Source of the DNA: Camelus dromedarius
Lineage: Eukaryota
Assembly: GCF_036321535.1 (NCBI RefSeq)
Contig: NC_087436.1
Coordinates: 45,820,001 to 45,884,000 of the forward strand
Length of the DNA stretch: 64,000 nt
Direction: 5' to 3'
Part shown: positions 12,910-25,901 of the stretch, one piece after another
Position numbering within the stretch: the first letter of the stretch is position 1
How the letters are laid out: every line of letters starts with the position of its first letter
Program-made: the position numbers and the translations under genes
The notes under the pieces: generated by a model
What the model was told of the DNA's origin: nothing
Seen by the model: only the letters and a program-made list of their open reading frames with translations
Databases searched by the model: none

Positions 12910-13469
12910 CTGTTTCTGGGTTTTTTGGGGGTTTGGGGTTTTTTTTCTTTTTTTTTTAAATTGAAGTACAGTCAGTTACAATGTGGTCAATTTCTGCTGT
13001 AAAGCACAATGTCCCAGTCATGCATATATATACATATATTCATTTTCATATTCTTAGTGTTTCTGTTTAAAGAAAATAATTTGATCACAGCAAAATCTAT
13101 GAATGATAAAGCAACCGATTTGTTGAAGATTGTTAATGGATTTAGCTCAACCTTCAATTTGATAGACTTTTCTTACCATCTCCTAGTCTTCATCATTAAA
13201 GAAAAATGAAATTCTTTTTTACCAAAACATAAGAAACTTCCAGTGGGCTCTGTCTTCTCCAGAAAACAAATGAGGCATTGTTCAGTACAACGTAGGGCAT
13301 CAGCTTCCTCTTCAGGAAACGCAGTCTCTGTTGCTTGCCTCCCTCAGCTATTTACTGAGGCCGTTTTTGGTTTCAGTTACGGTAAAACTCTGGATTTCAG
13401 CCAAATTCTCCATGAGTTCAAAAGTACAAAGCTCTTGAGGAAGCTTGCTGTTTTTAAATATTTTTTCAG

Positions 13470-13486
13470 AGGTTAAAAATTAAATT
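13470..13486 (+). promoter_or_regulatory. HNF1-like site in the CFI proximal promoter
   Basis: GGTTAAAAATTAAA resembles GTTAATNATTAAC and lies about 70-80 bp upstream of the ATG of a liver-expressed gene. Confidence 0.45.
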
Positions 13487-13550
13487 TCAAAAGAATATCT
13501 GGATTGCAGAAGAGTTCACAGTAGAGACACAGACCCTGACTGTCTCCAAC

Positions 13551-13607
13551 ATGAAGCTGGCTCATATTACTCTGTTACTTGTGTGCTTCTCCTTAAGTTT
13601 TGGCAAG
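13551..13607 (+). CDS. CFI: CFI exon 1 (signal peptide)
   Basis: 57 nt, MKLAHITLLLVCFSLSFGK. Donor AAG|GTAAGT, phase 0. Confidence 0.95.
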
Positions 13608-14764
13608 GTAAGTAATTCAATACTTGTGCAAACTATTTTAAGGTATTTTAAATAAATAAAAATACAGAAAAAAATCTTAAGGATATCATTTTGACTTAAA
13701 GATTACATAGTTCAGTTGCCGACAATGGCAGTATCTAGTGTAACAAAGATTTTATGTTAATATCTTGATGAAAGAGCTTTAAGGAACTGCTTTTTTCATA
13801 TGCTCTTATCTGTGCATAGCAATCGAGCTGAATGAGAATTTTATTAATATAGATCCATAATTTACAGTAAATGTTAAATCAATAAACATTTATCAAGCTC
13901 TGTCAATGTGCAAGGTACAGTGCTGGGCAAATAGCAAGACTGATCCCTTCCCTCAGTAGCCTTTTGGTACAGTTGTAGAAGGATGATAGAAATATGCCAA
14001 TGAGGAACTACTAAGCAAGATTTAAATAACATTTGAAAACACAAGAGAAAGAACTGTTACCAGACAGTATATATTTAATTACCCCAGAAATGGTACAAAT
14101 ATCATCTGCCAAGAGACTTTAATGAGAGGAAAAATCCCTTCCTGCTAGGAGGTCAGGAGAGTTTATGGACCGGGTGAGATCTGAGCTAGACCTACGGTTC
14201 TGGATTAAATTTGATCAGTGGAGAGAGAGAGGAAGTGATTTTCAGCCTGGAAAAGCAACAAGTGCTATGGCAGAAAGATCCCAAAGCACTAGGCTCCTCC
14301 AGATGAATGAATCCATTTGATCAGAGTGGAGACTGTAGGCAACTCAAGGAGTTAAAACCTTGACAGACTGACAGATTGTAGCCAGTCTGGAAGGTGGTCT
14401 GTGAAGTTTAGCAATGTTTAAGACATTTTAGATACTTATTGATTGCCTACTTTTGTGGTCATAACATTTTGAAACAATTCCAAAAATTGTTTTGTTTTAG
14501 TGCCTGTTTATGGCAACAAATATTTAAAGAAAACTATCTAAGAAATCAGAATTACATACTTTGTTTCTTATAACTTATAAAATATATATGCAATGTTGAT
14601 AGTATAGAACAAATAGAAATAAAGTAAGTGCTCATTGATAGAAAACTGATTGAATTATTGTATGTCCATAAATGAAATATCATGTAGCTATTAAAATGGT
14701 ACTTTTATATTTATTGAAATAAAGAAGCCCTCACTAAAATCTTATTTTTGTTAAAGAGAAAAAT

Positions 14765-14795
14765 ACACACACACACACACACACACACTCACACA
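14765..14795. repeat. (CA)n microsatellite
   Basis: Direct reading. Confidence 0.9.
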
Positions 14796-15919
14796 TACGA
14801 CTCCTTACGTAAATGGCAGTTTAAAAGTTCTTAAAGAGTATATATCAAATAGATAATAGTTGGTATCTCTGAGTAATGGGATTACTGGTTATTTTTATTT
14901 TGTTTTATGTATTAATGAATTTTCAGATTTCAGAAATTTTGCTTTATTCATTCTTCATTTTTCTTCTATAAATACCAAATAAATGTGTGTTACATTATAA
15001 TAAGAAACATTTGGTTTTTCGGGAAAAAAGGTATTTCGGTCACATTTTGGATTCCTGGAAAAAATAAAAAACAAAATTGAAAATAGTAGTTTCTACTTAC
15101 ACTAAAGAAAAGAGCTTTCTTTTACTGACCAATCATCTAACAATAAGTTGTCTTCATTCCTTTAAGAAAGAGCATTTTGAGAAGAGTTAATATCATATTT
15201 GTGAAAATTTCAGAACTTCCTAAAATATTAGTTTATAAAAGATAATGGAGTGGTTTTTTATCCCACCTGCTGAGAAGTAATCATTTTTAAATGGAGGTAC
15301 CATAGAGAAAACATAAATGTGTTCAAAGAAGTTTTATAATGTATCTACATTTTCAATATGAAATAAAACATGTACAGCTGGGAGAAATTTTTGTTCTTTT
15401 GAAATAAGGGAGCAGATTTTCTTGTAGAGAATAAAAAGCCCAGCTCCTTTTTTATATCAAAACATTCTGATGGACTAATCTGGAGATGGATTATGTCAAT
15501 CATGGGGTGGGCTGCAGGGGATAGACCTTAAAGTTGTTCTCAATATTGAAATGAGAATTTTGGTTTTACTGAACCTGCCTGGAGAAAGAGGTAAGGAGAC
15601 TCAGGAAAGGATGGGAGAGAAACTCAGACCACAGAGGGGCTGGCTGCTGTATCAATAACCAAGGGACATTAAAGAACAGGAAAGCCAAGTATTTCAGTCA
15701 ATATGGTTACCTACTGTGATAGTACTGTGCTGTGACATAATCACTGAAACCTTAAATTTTTATTTTACCCTAAAAGCATATTACAAACCTTGGTTTATAT
15801 GGGTAGTATTTTGGAGAGAAAGAACGGGGGTGATGTTCAGCGCAGTGATCAGATGCTGGAAAGAGAAGATGCACAGGAGGCAATACACAATGCAGACACA
15901 GCAAACACGGCAAACACAG

Positions 15920-18340
15920 CAAATACGGCAGAGCAGGCAAATCCAAATACTCGTCCCTCCCACACAAAAAAAGAAAAATCAAGCAAACTATCAGAACGAC
16001 TTTGTCGCAACTCCAGTTATCTGTCAAAGGCCTACAGCACCCAAGTGGATGCTAAATGAAGGAAAAGGCAACTTAAACCTGGTAGGAAACTGGCATTTCT
16101 ACTTGCCCTTGTCCCGCCCTGTTCCCAAATTAGTGGCAGTCTTGAAGATGGCAGTCCACGTCCTAGTGTGGAGTCCCTAGCTCAAGAAAGAGTGGAGCAG
16201 ACTTCATAAAACAACAATTGTGTTTGTTCTAACCTGCCTGGGGACTACTTCAAAGACTGGCGCAATGTACTTATCTTTGTTTCATCTAACTGGGAACTCA
16301 CTCAGAGTGGAAAGCCAGCAGGTGTTCCTCAAAAACACTGTAAGGCAAGCAAACAACCCACAGCCACCTGGGACAAAAGATTACAGTTGAGACATGAAAC
16401 AGAGTGCCAAACCTTGGGAGGAAAAGTTAGGGAGAGAGTTTCAGTGGGAAATTAGGACATTCAAAACCCCTATATATACTGGGGAATTTAAAAAGTAACA
16501 AACTTGCCCTGGGAGGATACTCAGAAAAGACTTAAGGAGACACTAGGCCTACACCTCCAGGCTTAGTACAAGCATGAAGTAAAGGCTAAGAAGGCAGAAT
16601 TGTAAATGGCCTAGTTAAACATTGAAGGAGTACCCCAGAACAGAGCCAATTTGCAAAGCTGTGAAAGGTTTTTCTGTTGTTTTCAATTTGAGGGGTTTCT
16701 TCTTTTCTTTTTTCTTTTTTTTTCTCTTCTTTCTTTCTTTCTTTTTCTTCCCTCCTTCTTCCCGCCCTCCCTCCTTTCTTTCTTTCTTTTTTTGGTTCAT
16801 TCTTTCTTTTTCACCTCTCTTTCCCTTCCCCTTTCTCTTTCTCTCACTCTCTCTCTCTCTCTGGTTCCTTATGTTTAAGGAAATCTTTGTCTAAACACTA
16901 GCTGAATACAAGGTAAAGAAACAAGACTTCAGAGTCCACACATGACAAAAAAAAAACAAATTTTACAAAAAGCAGTTTAGAAAAGTTATAAACAAACAGC
17001 TACAGTCTATAGAAAGTATGAAAAGCAAACTGAGAAGGAAGAATTTGATTTCAAGAGTTACTACATTATAATATTCAAAATGTCCAGTCTTCAACAAAAA
17101 GGTGTGAAGCATGCAATGAAACAAGAAAATGTGGCCCATTCACAGGAGAAATTAACAGAATTGATCCCTGAGGAAGAACAGACTTCGAACTTAACCGAAG
17201 ACTTTAAGTCAACCATCTTAAATATGTTCAAAGAACTAAATGAAACCAGGAGGATGATGTACGAAAACATAGTATCATTAAAGATATAGAAATTATAAAA
17301 GGAATTAGACTGAAAAGTATAACGACCTCACTAGAGGGTTTTAACAGCAGATTTGAGTGGGCAGAAGAGTAAGTGAACTTGAAGATTGGTCAATTAAATT
17401 ATCCAATCCGAGGAGCAGGAAGAGAATAAACATTTACAGAGCCTAAGAGACCTATATGACACCATCAAGCATACCAATATACAGAAAATGGAAATCTCAG
17501 AAGGAGAAGAGAGAGAGGATCAGAGAGAATGTTTAAAGGAATAATAGCCAAAAACTTCTTTAATTTGATAAAAGATAATAAATCTACAGACTAAGGAAGC
17601 TTACTGGTCCCCAAGAAGATAATGCAAAGAAATCCACACCAAGGCACATTACAATGAAATTGTTAAAAGCCGAGGAACAAAACAGAATATCTTGAAAGCA
17701 GCAACAGAAAACCAACTTATCATGGATAAGAGATCCTCAATAAAATTATTAGCATTTTTCTCATCTGTAACTGTGGAGGTCAGAAGAGAATGGAATGACA
17801 TTTTTTACGTGCTGAAAGAAAAGAACTGTCAGCAAAGAATTTTATATCCAGCAAAGCCACCTTTTAAAAATGAGAGAAATTAAGACATTCTCAGATAAAT
17901 AAAAGCATATAGAGTTAGTTGCTGGTATATCTGGTATATAAGAAATATACTACAAGAAAGGGAGTTCTTTCCAGACTGAACAAAAGGATGCTGGACAGTA
18001 ACTTGAAGCCATATGAAGAAATAAAGAACTCCAGTAAAGATAACTACATAGATAAATACAAAAGCCAATGTTATTTTATTATTTAGTTTGTAACTCCTCT
18101 TTTCATTTCCTACATGATTTAAAAGATAAATATATAAAAATAATTATAAATTAACAGGCACACAATGTATAGAGATGTAATGTGTGACAATAACAACATA
18201 AAAGGCAATGGAACTGTACAGGAGCAGAGTTTTTATATGCTCTTGAAGCTAGGTTGGTATCAATTCAAACTAGATTGCTATAAATTTAAGATGTTAAGTA
18301 TAATCCGCATTGTACCCACAAAGAAAATATTTTTTAAATA
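15920..18340 (+). mobile_element. Old L1 5' UTR plus ORF1 remnant, containing a CT-rich low-complexity tract (about 16697-16862)
   Basis: ORF1-like peptides DFKSTILNMFKELNE and RREWNDIFYVLKEKNCQQRILYPAK. L1 5'-end-like sequence from about 15920. Confidence 0.85.
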
Positions 18341-18344
18341 TTCA

Positions 18345-19123
18345 AAAAACAAAGCTGTATATTTTTTTGTATTCCTATGAATACTCTTGAGCTTTGTTCT
18401 GAGATGTAGTTAAGTTACTTGAAACAGTTTTATCCTTTCAGGTCTTACTTTTAAGCATTCTTAGGTAGGACCAGAACAGTGCTAGGTCTAAGACTAATTA
18501 TTCCACACTTCTGAGGCAAGATTCTTCTTTGTACTCCACCCAGTGCCCCATAAATCATACAATTTTCCAGTCTGAATGTCCATCAAAAAATGGGCAAAAT
18601 ATAGAAAACAATGAACAGTGACAACAAGCACTATTCATGGCCCCATTTGATCCTGGGCTTTGTTACCTTAAATTCTTTTGAATTGTTCTTTCCCCATCCT
18701 CTGGTAGTTTCATCACACTAAGGTGCTGATAAATACTCAGACGAACACTTACTAAGGGATCTTCTGCAGAGCTCCGAAGTTCTCTCTCTATGCCACTCAC
18801 TTGTTTCCATCACTTTATTCTGTGAACTATAGCTGCCTTGGTCTTCCTAGACTCTCAGCTCTGTCTCCTCAATTCAGGGAGTCCCTTGAGCTCAGCTCAA
18901 GTTCCCTGTCTCTGCACCACAGTCTGGAAACTCTCCAAAGGAAATCAAATGGAACAATTGGAGGGCTCACTACCTCATTTGTTTCTCTAGTATCAGGGAT
19001 CACTACCCTTCATTGCCTGATAACCAGTGTCTTGAAAATCATTGTTTTCTATATTTTGTCCATTTCTTGATTGTTTTAGGCTGAACAGTAGATCTGGTCC
19101 CTATTACTCTATCTTGACTGGAA
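18345..19123 (-). mobile_element. Old L1 (L1ME/L1M-type) 5' end fragment, antisense
   Basis: CTGAGGCAAGA...AGACTCTCAGCTCTGTCTCCTCAA...CAGGGATCACT...TTACTCTATCTTGACTGGAA matches recalled reverse L1M 5' ends. Confidence 0.65.
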
Positions 19124-20019
19124 ACAAGAATTCCCATTTGATTTTAATTAATTTAATTTAAATAGCCACATTTGGTTCTTGGCTATTTATAACACAGTTA
19201 ACCATTGCTAAGGTTGCTGAGGTTGAGTTTTTAAAATACAAATGTAAACTTCAAATGGGTACTTTTATTTTTTACTTATCCATTATAGACTTTGTCTTAA
19301 AAATGGAAGTTAATTCAGCCAGGTCTCAGTTTTACCCTGACAGTCTGCCTAGTAGTCTCATGCATTATGCATTAAAATTGTTCAAGTTCACTTCAAGTAC
19401 AGTTCCTGTCTTCAGATTCTGTGTTCTTACATTTTCCCAAATGTAAATAGATTCAAAATAAACAATCTTGTCACAGTGATTATAAGGATGAGGAAACAAA
19501 AACAGCTGGGTTTTCAGTTTTGTCATTCTAATGGCCATTTGGAATTTTTGTTTTTAAAATATAAAATAGTAAAATAGTGCAGACTGAAAGGTGTAATATC
19601 TTTGTTTGCTAAGTACAAATAGTAGTTCATACAGGAAACATTTTACCAAATTTGAATAGTATCTTTAAAGTGAAATTTATCTTTTTCTTAAGCTGTAATA
19701 TTATTATTCATTACTACAACAGACCTCTATACAGATTTAATTTTTTCCTTTTTCATTAAATACAGTAATATAATTTAAAATATTTATCTAGTACTTTTTC
19801 CCTTATTTATATTGTAGTATGAATTTTAGTTTTTTATTCTTATAAGCATGATTTTGTATATATTTCTATATGAAATGTCAATATAAGAAAATATTTGCTG
19901 TTTATAGTTTTCTCCATAATTTAGTAATTTATTTCATAATTTTTACTGAAAATAATTTTATTGTGTTGGGAATTGTTTAAAAAGTATCTGCTCTGTGTGA
20001 AAAATATACAAGGCTTGCC

Positions 20020-20760
20020 ATTTGTCAATAGGCAATTTTTGCAGCTCATATTCCAGACAAAGTGCTGGTTTCCTTAATATGTAGAGTTCCTACCCAAAAC
20101 AAGAAAAAAAATCCAGTCTACAGCAAAAGATATGGTTAGTATGAGGAGAAAGAAATACAAATCTCTCAAAGTTTAAGCAAATTGAATGATATTCAACCTC
20201 ACTGATCAGGGAAAAAATGCAAATAAAACTTCTCTGATAACACTTGTATATATCAAATTGATGAAGATAAAAAAGTTTAATAAGAAATATGTTCTGTGGT
20301 CAAGAGTTTGGAAAATAGGCCCTGTCATATATTGATAATGGAATTCAAATTAAAACAGCCTCTATTGAGAGAAATTAGCCAATATCTTTCAAAATGAAAG
20401 CTGTTCATTCCTTTGATTCAGCAGTTTCACTCCCAGGAAAGTACTGACAAAAATACTTAGCTTATGGGGGAAATGATGTTTTCTATAAGGAGATTCATTA
20501 CAACACTGTTTATAATAACAAAATTTTGGAAACAATCTAAATGCCCTTTGAGGGGGCTAGTTACAGGGCCATTGGTTGCAAATTGTCTTGGTGTTGTGGG
20601 GCAGAGTTAGAAAGTAAAATATGGGCTCACATATACAATGATGGTCTCTGGCAAGACTCACTAAGAACTATCAAGTGGTTGACTCTGAGGTAGGGCTTGG
20701 CTGGGTTAAATGTATAACAGAAAGAAGGAAATGTAATTTTTATAGCCACCCATCTGAACC
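20020..20760 (+). mobile_element. Old L1 3' fragment
   Basis: A-rich with CCTTTGATTCAGCAGTTTCACTCCCAGGAA and TGGAAACAATCTAAATGCCC. Confidence 0.7.
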
Positions 20761-21489
20761 TGTTTGTAATATTTCTATGTGTTTTCTATTTTTTTAATCA
20801 ATTAAAAATGAAAAAAAAACAACATTTCATCCATCTTACATTCATTATAAAAAAACAAGACCAAGAAACTAGGCCGATGATTTTCTTAAAATCTCTGAGA
20901 CAAAAATAATGGAATTGACCCTAAAACAATATTTCCAATTTTTAAAAGGGAACAAGATACAAGAGTCCATTCTACCTACACATACCATGCAACCACTTTC
21001 CCACCATTTCCAACAAAAACATACTAGTCCTAGAAAAAATACAATATTTATTTTAAAAATAAAAACAAATAACAAACACAGCAAAAGGCCTTACCAAGTT
21101 TTGTATGTGAATTGGAACAATTCATCATTCAGTATTAATAGGGAAACATTCTCTTTTTTTCATCTGAATAGAATGGCTGCTGGTTAAGGAGTTGATTGTT
21201 GGGATGCTGAGGCATGGCTTTATGTCAGAAACAGGAATAATACAGGATGGTTGGATCCAAGGAGAAGAAAAAATTGGAGAAAAAAATTGCTAGTGAAGAC
21301 CATGATGAGAAGGAACTGAGGGCATAAAGGACCTAAAACTCTTTCAATGGAAAAGTTTCTGATACAATTGTTAACCATCAGGATATGAGTTGTTTATTCA
21401 CTTCTGAAAGAAAGGCAAATTTTTATATTGTTTACTCTTATTGAAACTTCCACTTTTTTCCTCAATGTTTTCTGGGGAAATCATGATTG

Positions 21490-21850
21490 TACCAGTTGGA
21501 TAATGCCATAATAATACAATCACCACAAAATTTCAGTGGCATACAACTTAATTTAGTATACTAGTCTACAGGTGAGCTGGGAATAATCTGATCTAAACTG
21601 GGCTCAGCTGGAGTGGTCTTTCTTTGCTAGCCTGGCCACATTCTTCTCACAGCTATGGCAGAGAAGCAAAAGGACAAATCCAGTTGCACGAGTACTTTCC
21701 AAGCATCTCTATGTCACATCTGCTGACTTCCTATTGACCAAAGAAAGTCACTGGCCAGTCCAGGGAAGATACACCCTACCCCAAGTAAGAGGCACAGAAA
21801 AGAATGTGTTGAAGGGTAGAAGAATGGGGCCAGATGCAAACTACCACAGG
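21490..21850. mobile_element. MLT1-type MaLR LTR
   Basis: Contains AATTTCAGTGGCATACAAC and CTATTGACCAAAGAAAGTCAC. Confidence 0.6.
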
Positions 21851-22126
21851 CAGCATCATATTAGCATTTGTATAGGATCTTAAGTTTTTATTTGTGCTTT
21901 CCTGTGTATTTTGCATTTGATGCTCTGTGAAGATATTATTTTGATTCTCCACAATTCGTAGAAGAAACAGAATCAAAAAGGTAGAGTCATTTACCCAAGA
22001 TCACACAGCTAGTTAGCAGTAGAAGGGAAACTGTACTTTTTTACAAAAAGTAGTAGAAGGAGAAAGTGGTTGACTTTTGCTCTCTATAGTGATAGTTGAT
22101 CATTCTTTTGTTGTTGTTGTTTATAG

Positions 22127-22174
22127 GTTAATTATAGAAGAGTAAAAAAAATGAAGATAGCAAAGAATCCAGAG
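22127..22174 (+). CDS. CFI: CFI candidate extra micro-exon (exon 1b), VNYRRVKKMKIAKNPE
   Basis: Acceptor TTTTGTTGTTGTTGTTTATAG, donor GAG|GTAAAA. 48 nt, phase 0-0, open and in frame between exon 1 and exon 2. Confidence 0.7.
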
Positions 22175-22999
22175 GTAAAACTATATGCTGTATACTGGGA
22201 TGGAATAGGAAATTGTTATATTTCTTATTGATTTTGTATAGTCAGTCCATCTAAAATGTCTTCATTGTAGTCCTGTCTAGAATAAAAAAACAAAGTTTAC
22301 ATCAAAATAATTGCTACAACATCACAAATACCAAGGAAAGGATTTCTTTTTTTTAAAAAAGCCTGTCTACACAAAGAAACAGCAACTAAAGGAGTTGAAT
22401 TATGTTTTGTAGATGACTAGGCTATAGTAGTAATTGTTAAAAATTTTTGCCCATGTGCCCCAGTATATGTGAATATATTTATTTATAAATAACATATACA
22501 CTGCTGTACAAATAAATATACCTTAAAAAACAAAATTTTAAGCAAATAATATTTTAATAATTTTCACCATTAATCTTTAATGAAATAATGTTACTACTTT
22601 TCAAATTTTTCATTTGATTTGAATGTCATATTAGCTGGAAAAGACACTTCACAAAGAGCAACATACACAATAAACATATGGGGAGAGGTTCAATTCAATA
22701 ACGAAATGAGATGGAAATCTATATTTCAATTAGTCTTTTTAATATTACTGATTGGAGACAGGGCTGACTTCTTGTCATACTGATTAGCTTTCCATTGTTT
22801 TTAACCCCATGATGTGGCCTATGAACAGCTTCTACTGTGGCTAGAAGTGTGGACTCTGCCATTTTTTTGGTCATTGGTGTTACATTTTGGCATTATTTTC
22901 AATCCAGCATCATTTCAGTATATGTATATCTAAACCATTTGTCCATTTGCAAAGATTATTTCCACTAAAACTGGATCATATAATCCATAATATCCCTTA

Positions 23000-23900
23000 G
23001 TCAAGCACACGTACATGATTGTCTATCTTAAAACAAAAACCTTCTCTTGACCACATATTTCCCTCCCATTTTTGTATCCCTTTACATCTAAATTCTTTTT
23101 TTTTTTAAACTGCTTTGCTCTATTTCTCTTTTTCCATTCTTTCTTGAGCCCAGTCAGGCTTGAGTTCCCACCATTCTACCAAAATAACATTTGTCAAGAT
23201 CACCATTTTACTGGAGAAGTATCACACAGCTGCTAATCACTCCTTCCTTCTCTCTGCCTCTGTGCCACCAGTTTCTATTTGTCTTTTACTGACCCCATCT
23301 CATCTCCTTGACTAGTTCTTCATCATCTGCCCCACCTCTAAATGTTGGAGGGCTCACACCCTCTAGTGGCTTTATACTGCATTCAGAGAATAAGCTGAAG
23401 TCTTTCCAGTAGCCTACAAGGTCCTACCTGCTGATCACACATCCCTCCAATTCTCTGGCCTCATCTCCTCCTGTTCTCCCTTCAGCCATTAACTCCCCTC
23501 CAACCACACCAACCCCCTGGACCAAGAGCATACCACATGTGCTTCTACCCCACAGCTTTTGCCCTGGCTGTTACCTCTGACCATGACACTTCTCCTCTAG
23601 AGACCTACATGGCTTTCTCACTCCCCTTCAGTTCCCCGCTCCAAGGGAACCTTTCCCCAGAGTCTTTCCTGACAACCCTATGCAAAATAGCAATCATCCC
23701 CCTCACTCTCCACAACCTCCACCTCTCTTACCCTGTAGAGCACTAGTCATTTTATGTCATACTATGTATTTATTCATTTTTGTCTGTCTTTCCTCTACTA
23801 AAAATGTAAGCTCTATGACTTCATGCTGTTCACTAGTGTATCCCAGGACCTAGAACAGTGCCTGGCACATTGTAGGCTCTCAATAAATATTGAATGAATA
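23000..23900 (+). mobile_element. L2 3' fragment
   Basis: Ends CCTAGAACAGTGCCTGGCACATTGTAGGCTCTCAATAAATATTGAATGAAT. Confidence 0.8.
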
Positions 23901-24074
23901 TTCTGTGAGTGTAGGCACAACTGCCAATCCATATTTAAATATTAGTAAGATTAATTTCTTCTTACTTTTTCAATAAAACATACAAATGAACATAATTTCT
24001 ATTATTTTACCCATTGGATTATCTTCACACCCCTGGGGTTTATGTAATCCACTTTGAAAATTACTGGTCAATAG

Positions 24075-24260
24075 GAGTGGTTCTCAGTCTTTGGGGAGCA
24101 TAAGAATCTTTGTGGTGCTTATTTAAAGTACAGATGCCAGGGTTTTCCCTCAGAGATTCTGATTCAGAGGTTCTGTTGCGTGGGTCCAAGAGTCTGCATT
24201 TGTAACATGCTGCACCTCAGATGGGTCATGCAGATGGTCTAGGGCACAGTTGGAAATACT
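24075..24260. mobile_element. MER5A-like hAT MITE
   Basis: GTGGTTCTCA...CAGAGATTCTGATTCAG...TCTGCATTT...CACAGTTGGAAATACT. Confidence 0.7.
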
Positions 24261-24459
24261 TATCCAGGTATTTGATAGTCTTCTTTTCCAGCTTGTAATT
24301 ACAAGCTCAATAAAAATGAAAAAAAAAAAAAAGAAAAACTTAAGCATGCCTCCATCAGCTGATGCATAGCTTACACACGGAATGATTCAGGTTCCATTCC
24401 TCCTAGACAAGTGGTTCTCAAGGCTTTGGGTTTTAAAGACTGTATCTAGACAACTACTT

Positions 24460-24870
24460 GTATCAGTCAGTATTGGCTATGCAGCAGTAAGAACCAATCC
24501 CAAAATCTCAGTGGCTTGACACAAGAAAAGTTAATTTTTGCTTATGCAAAGTCCACTGTGGATCTGGGTGACTCTCCAGTGAACACATCCTCCCTGTGTT
24601 GGCCCAGCATGCTAGGCTGCTTTGATTCTATGATCTCTCTGCAACGCTTGCTCCCATGATCATCATGGCAGGGCAAGAGCAAGTTGCATTGTTGAGCACT
24701 GGCAATTAAATGTTTCTACCTGAAACCAATATATGTTACTTCAGCTCACATTTCATTGGTCAAATTAATTCATCACCATGTCCAACCACAAGAAGGAAAG
24801 CAGTCTTCCCATTTGCTTGGAAGTAGAGTTAAATAAGACTTTAGTAAATGGTATTAACATTTACCACAAA
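24460..24870. mobile_element. MLT1-type MaLR LTR
   Basis: Contains CCCAAAATCTCAGTGGCTT and GCTCACATTTCATTGGTCAAA. Confidence 0.65.
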
Positions 24871-25757
24871 GATAAACATTAAAAAAAAATGCTTAGATCC
24901 ACCACCCCACCTTATACCATCAACAACACACATAATAGTAGTTATGTCTACTGTTAGTAGACTCTGTAATTGTAGGAAGGAAGGACGGAACAAAGTCAAT
25001 ATAATTTCAGTGATGATTTAAATAATTTTGCTTCTGATTAATCTTAACAGCCTCCCTATAGGTTTACGTAAATGTATGAGGCAGAGTTCATATTCTCTCC
25101 ATGGTGAAGACTGGTGTACAGATGCATTTACCAACCCATTTAATAACTTCCTGAAGGATCATCAGCCGAGGGCTCTAGATGTTGAGAATCCATGGACAAA
25201 TGTGACTTACCCAGTCCTTTACAGTTAAAGCCTATTGCCATCATGTTTCACACAGTGGATAAACCTTACTTTGACTGTTTCTAGCTTTTGCCCCTTGGTA
25301 ATTTTCTAACTTCCCTTTGGCTATTGTCATCAGCAGCAGCCACTGTGTTGGTATTAGCCAGTACCATCAACCTGAAACTTTAAATGGTAGTAGTATCATA
25401 AAGTTGATTCCAACTTACAGTAAGAAATTATAGAAATAGAAAACTGCTGAATTTCTAAGAGAATTGTTTCCACCATGCTCTGATTACACCTTCTCCTAGC
25501 CCCTCCTCAACCTTGTTTCAACAATTTGCTCCTTCTTTCTTAAAGTTTCAGTCTTTCCCATTCTGTTAGATTCCTGGCCTTAGCCTCCAATCATGATGAA
25601 ATCTCTCCTATCCTAACAGCAAAAATCTCTCTTTACTATGTCCCTTTATGATACTATCCTATCCACTTTTTCTCCTTCAAAGCCTAACACAATCTTTTCT
25701 GTACTGAAAGTATGATGACATTCTTTTCCATTTAATTTTTTTTTATTAAATTAATTC

Positions 25758-25901
25758 ACGTGTAGCTCAGTGGTAGAGCATGTGCTTTGCATGCACAAGA
25801 CCCTGGGTTCAATCCCCTGTATATCCATTAAAATAAATAAGTAAATAAACCTAATTACCTCCCTTCCTCAAAAAAAAATAAAATAAAAATAAAATATTTT
25901 A
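25758..25901 (+). mobile_element. tRNA-derived SINE (camelid Vic-1-like)
   Basis: A-box TAGCTCAGTGG, B-box GGTTCAATCCC, tail AATAAACCTAATTACCTCCC plus A-rich end. TSD AAATTAATTC at 25748-25757 and 25902-25911. Confidence 0.85.

Noticed and set aside
15716..16180. ORFs with ANT/QTQ repeats (15790-16059 and 15716-16180)
   Set aside because: Produced by a 9-bp array running into an L1 5' UTR. I found no usable in-frame splice sites linking them to CFI.
16615..16894. Lys-rich and Phe-rich ORFs
   Set aside because: Translations of a CT low-complexity tract.
25758..25830. tRNA-like A-box/B-box sequences (also at 35390-35466, 35492-35560 and 49590-49660)
   Set aside because: SINE heads with a shared tail, A-rich ends and TSDs; not tRNA genes.
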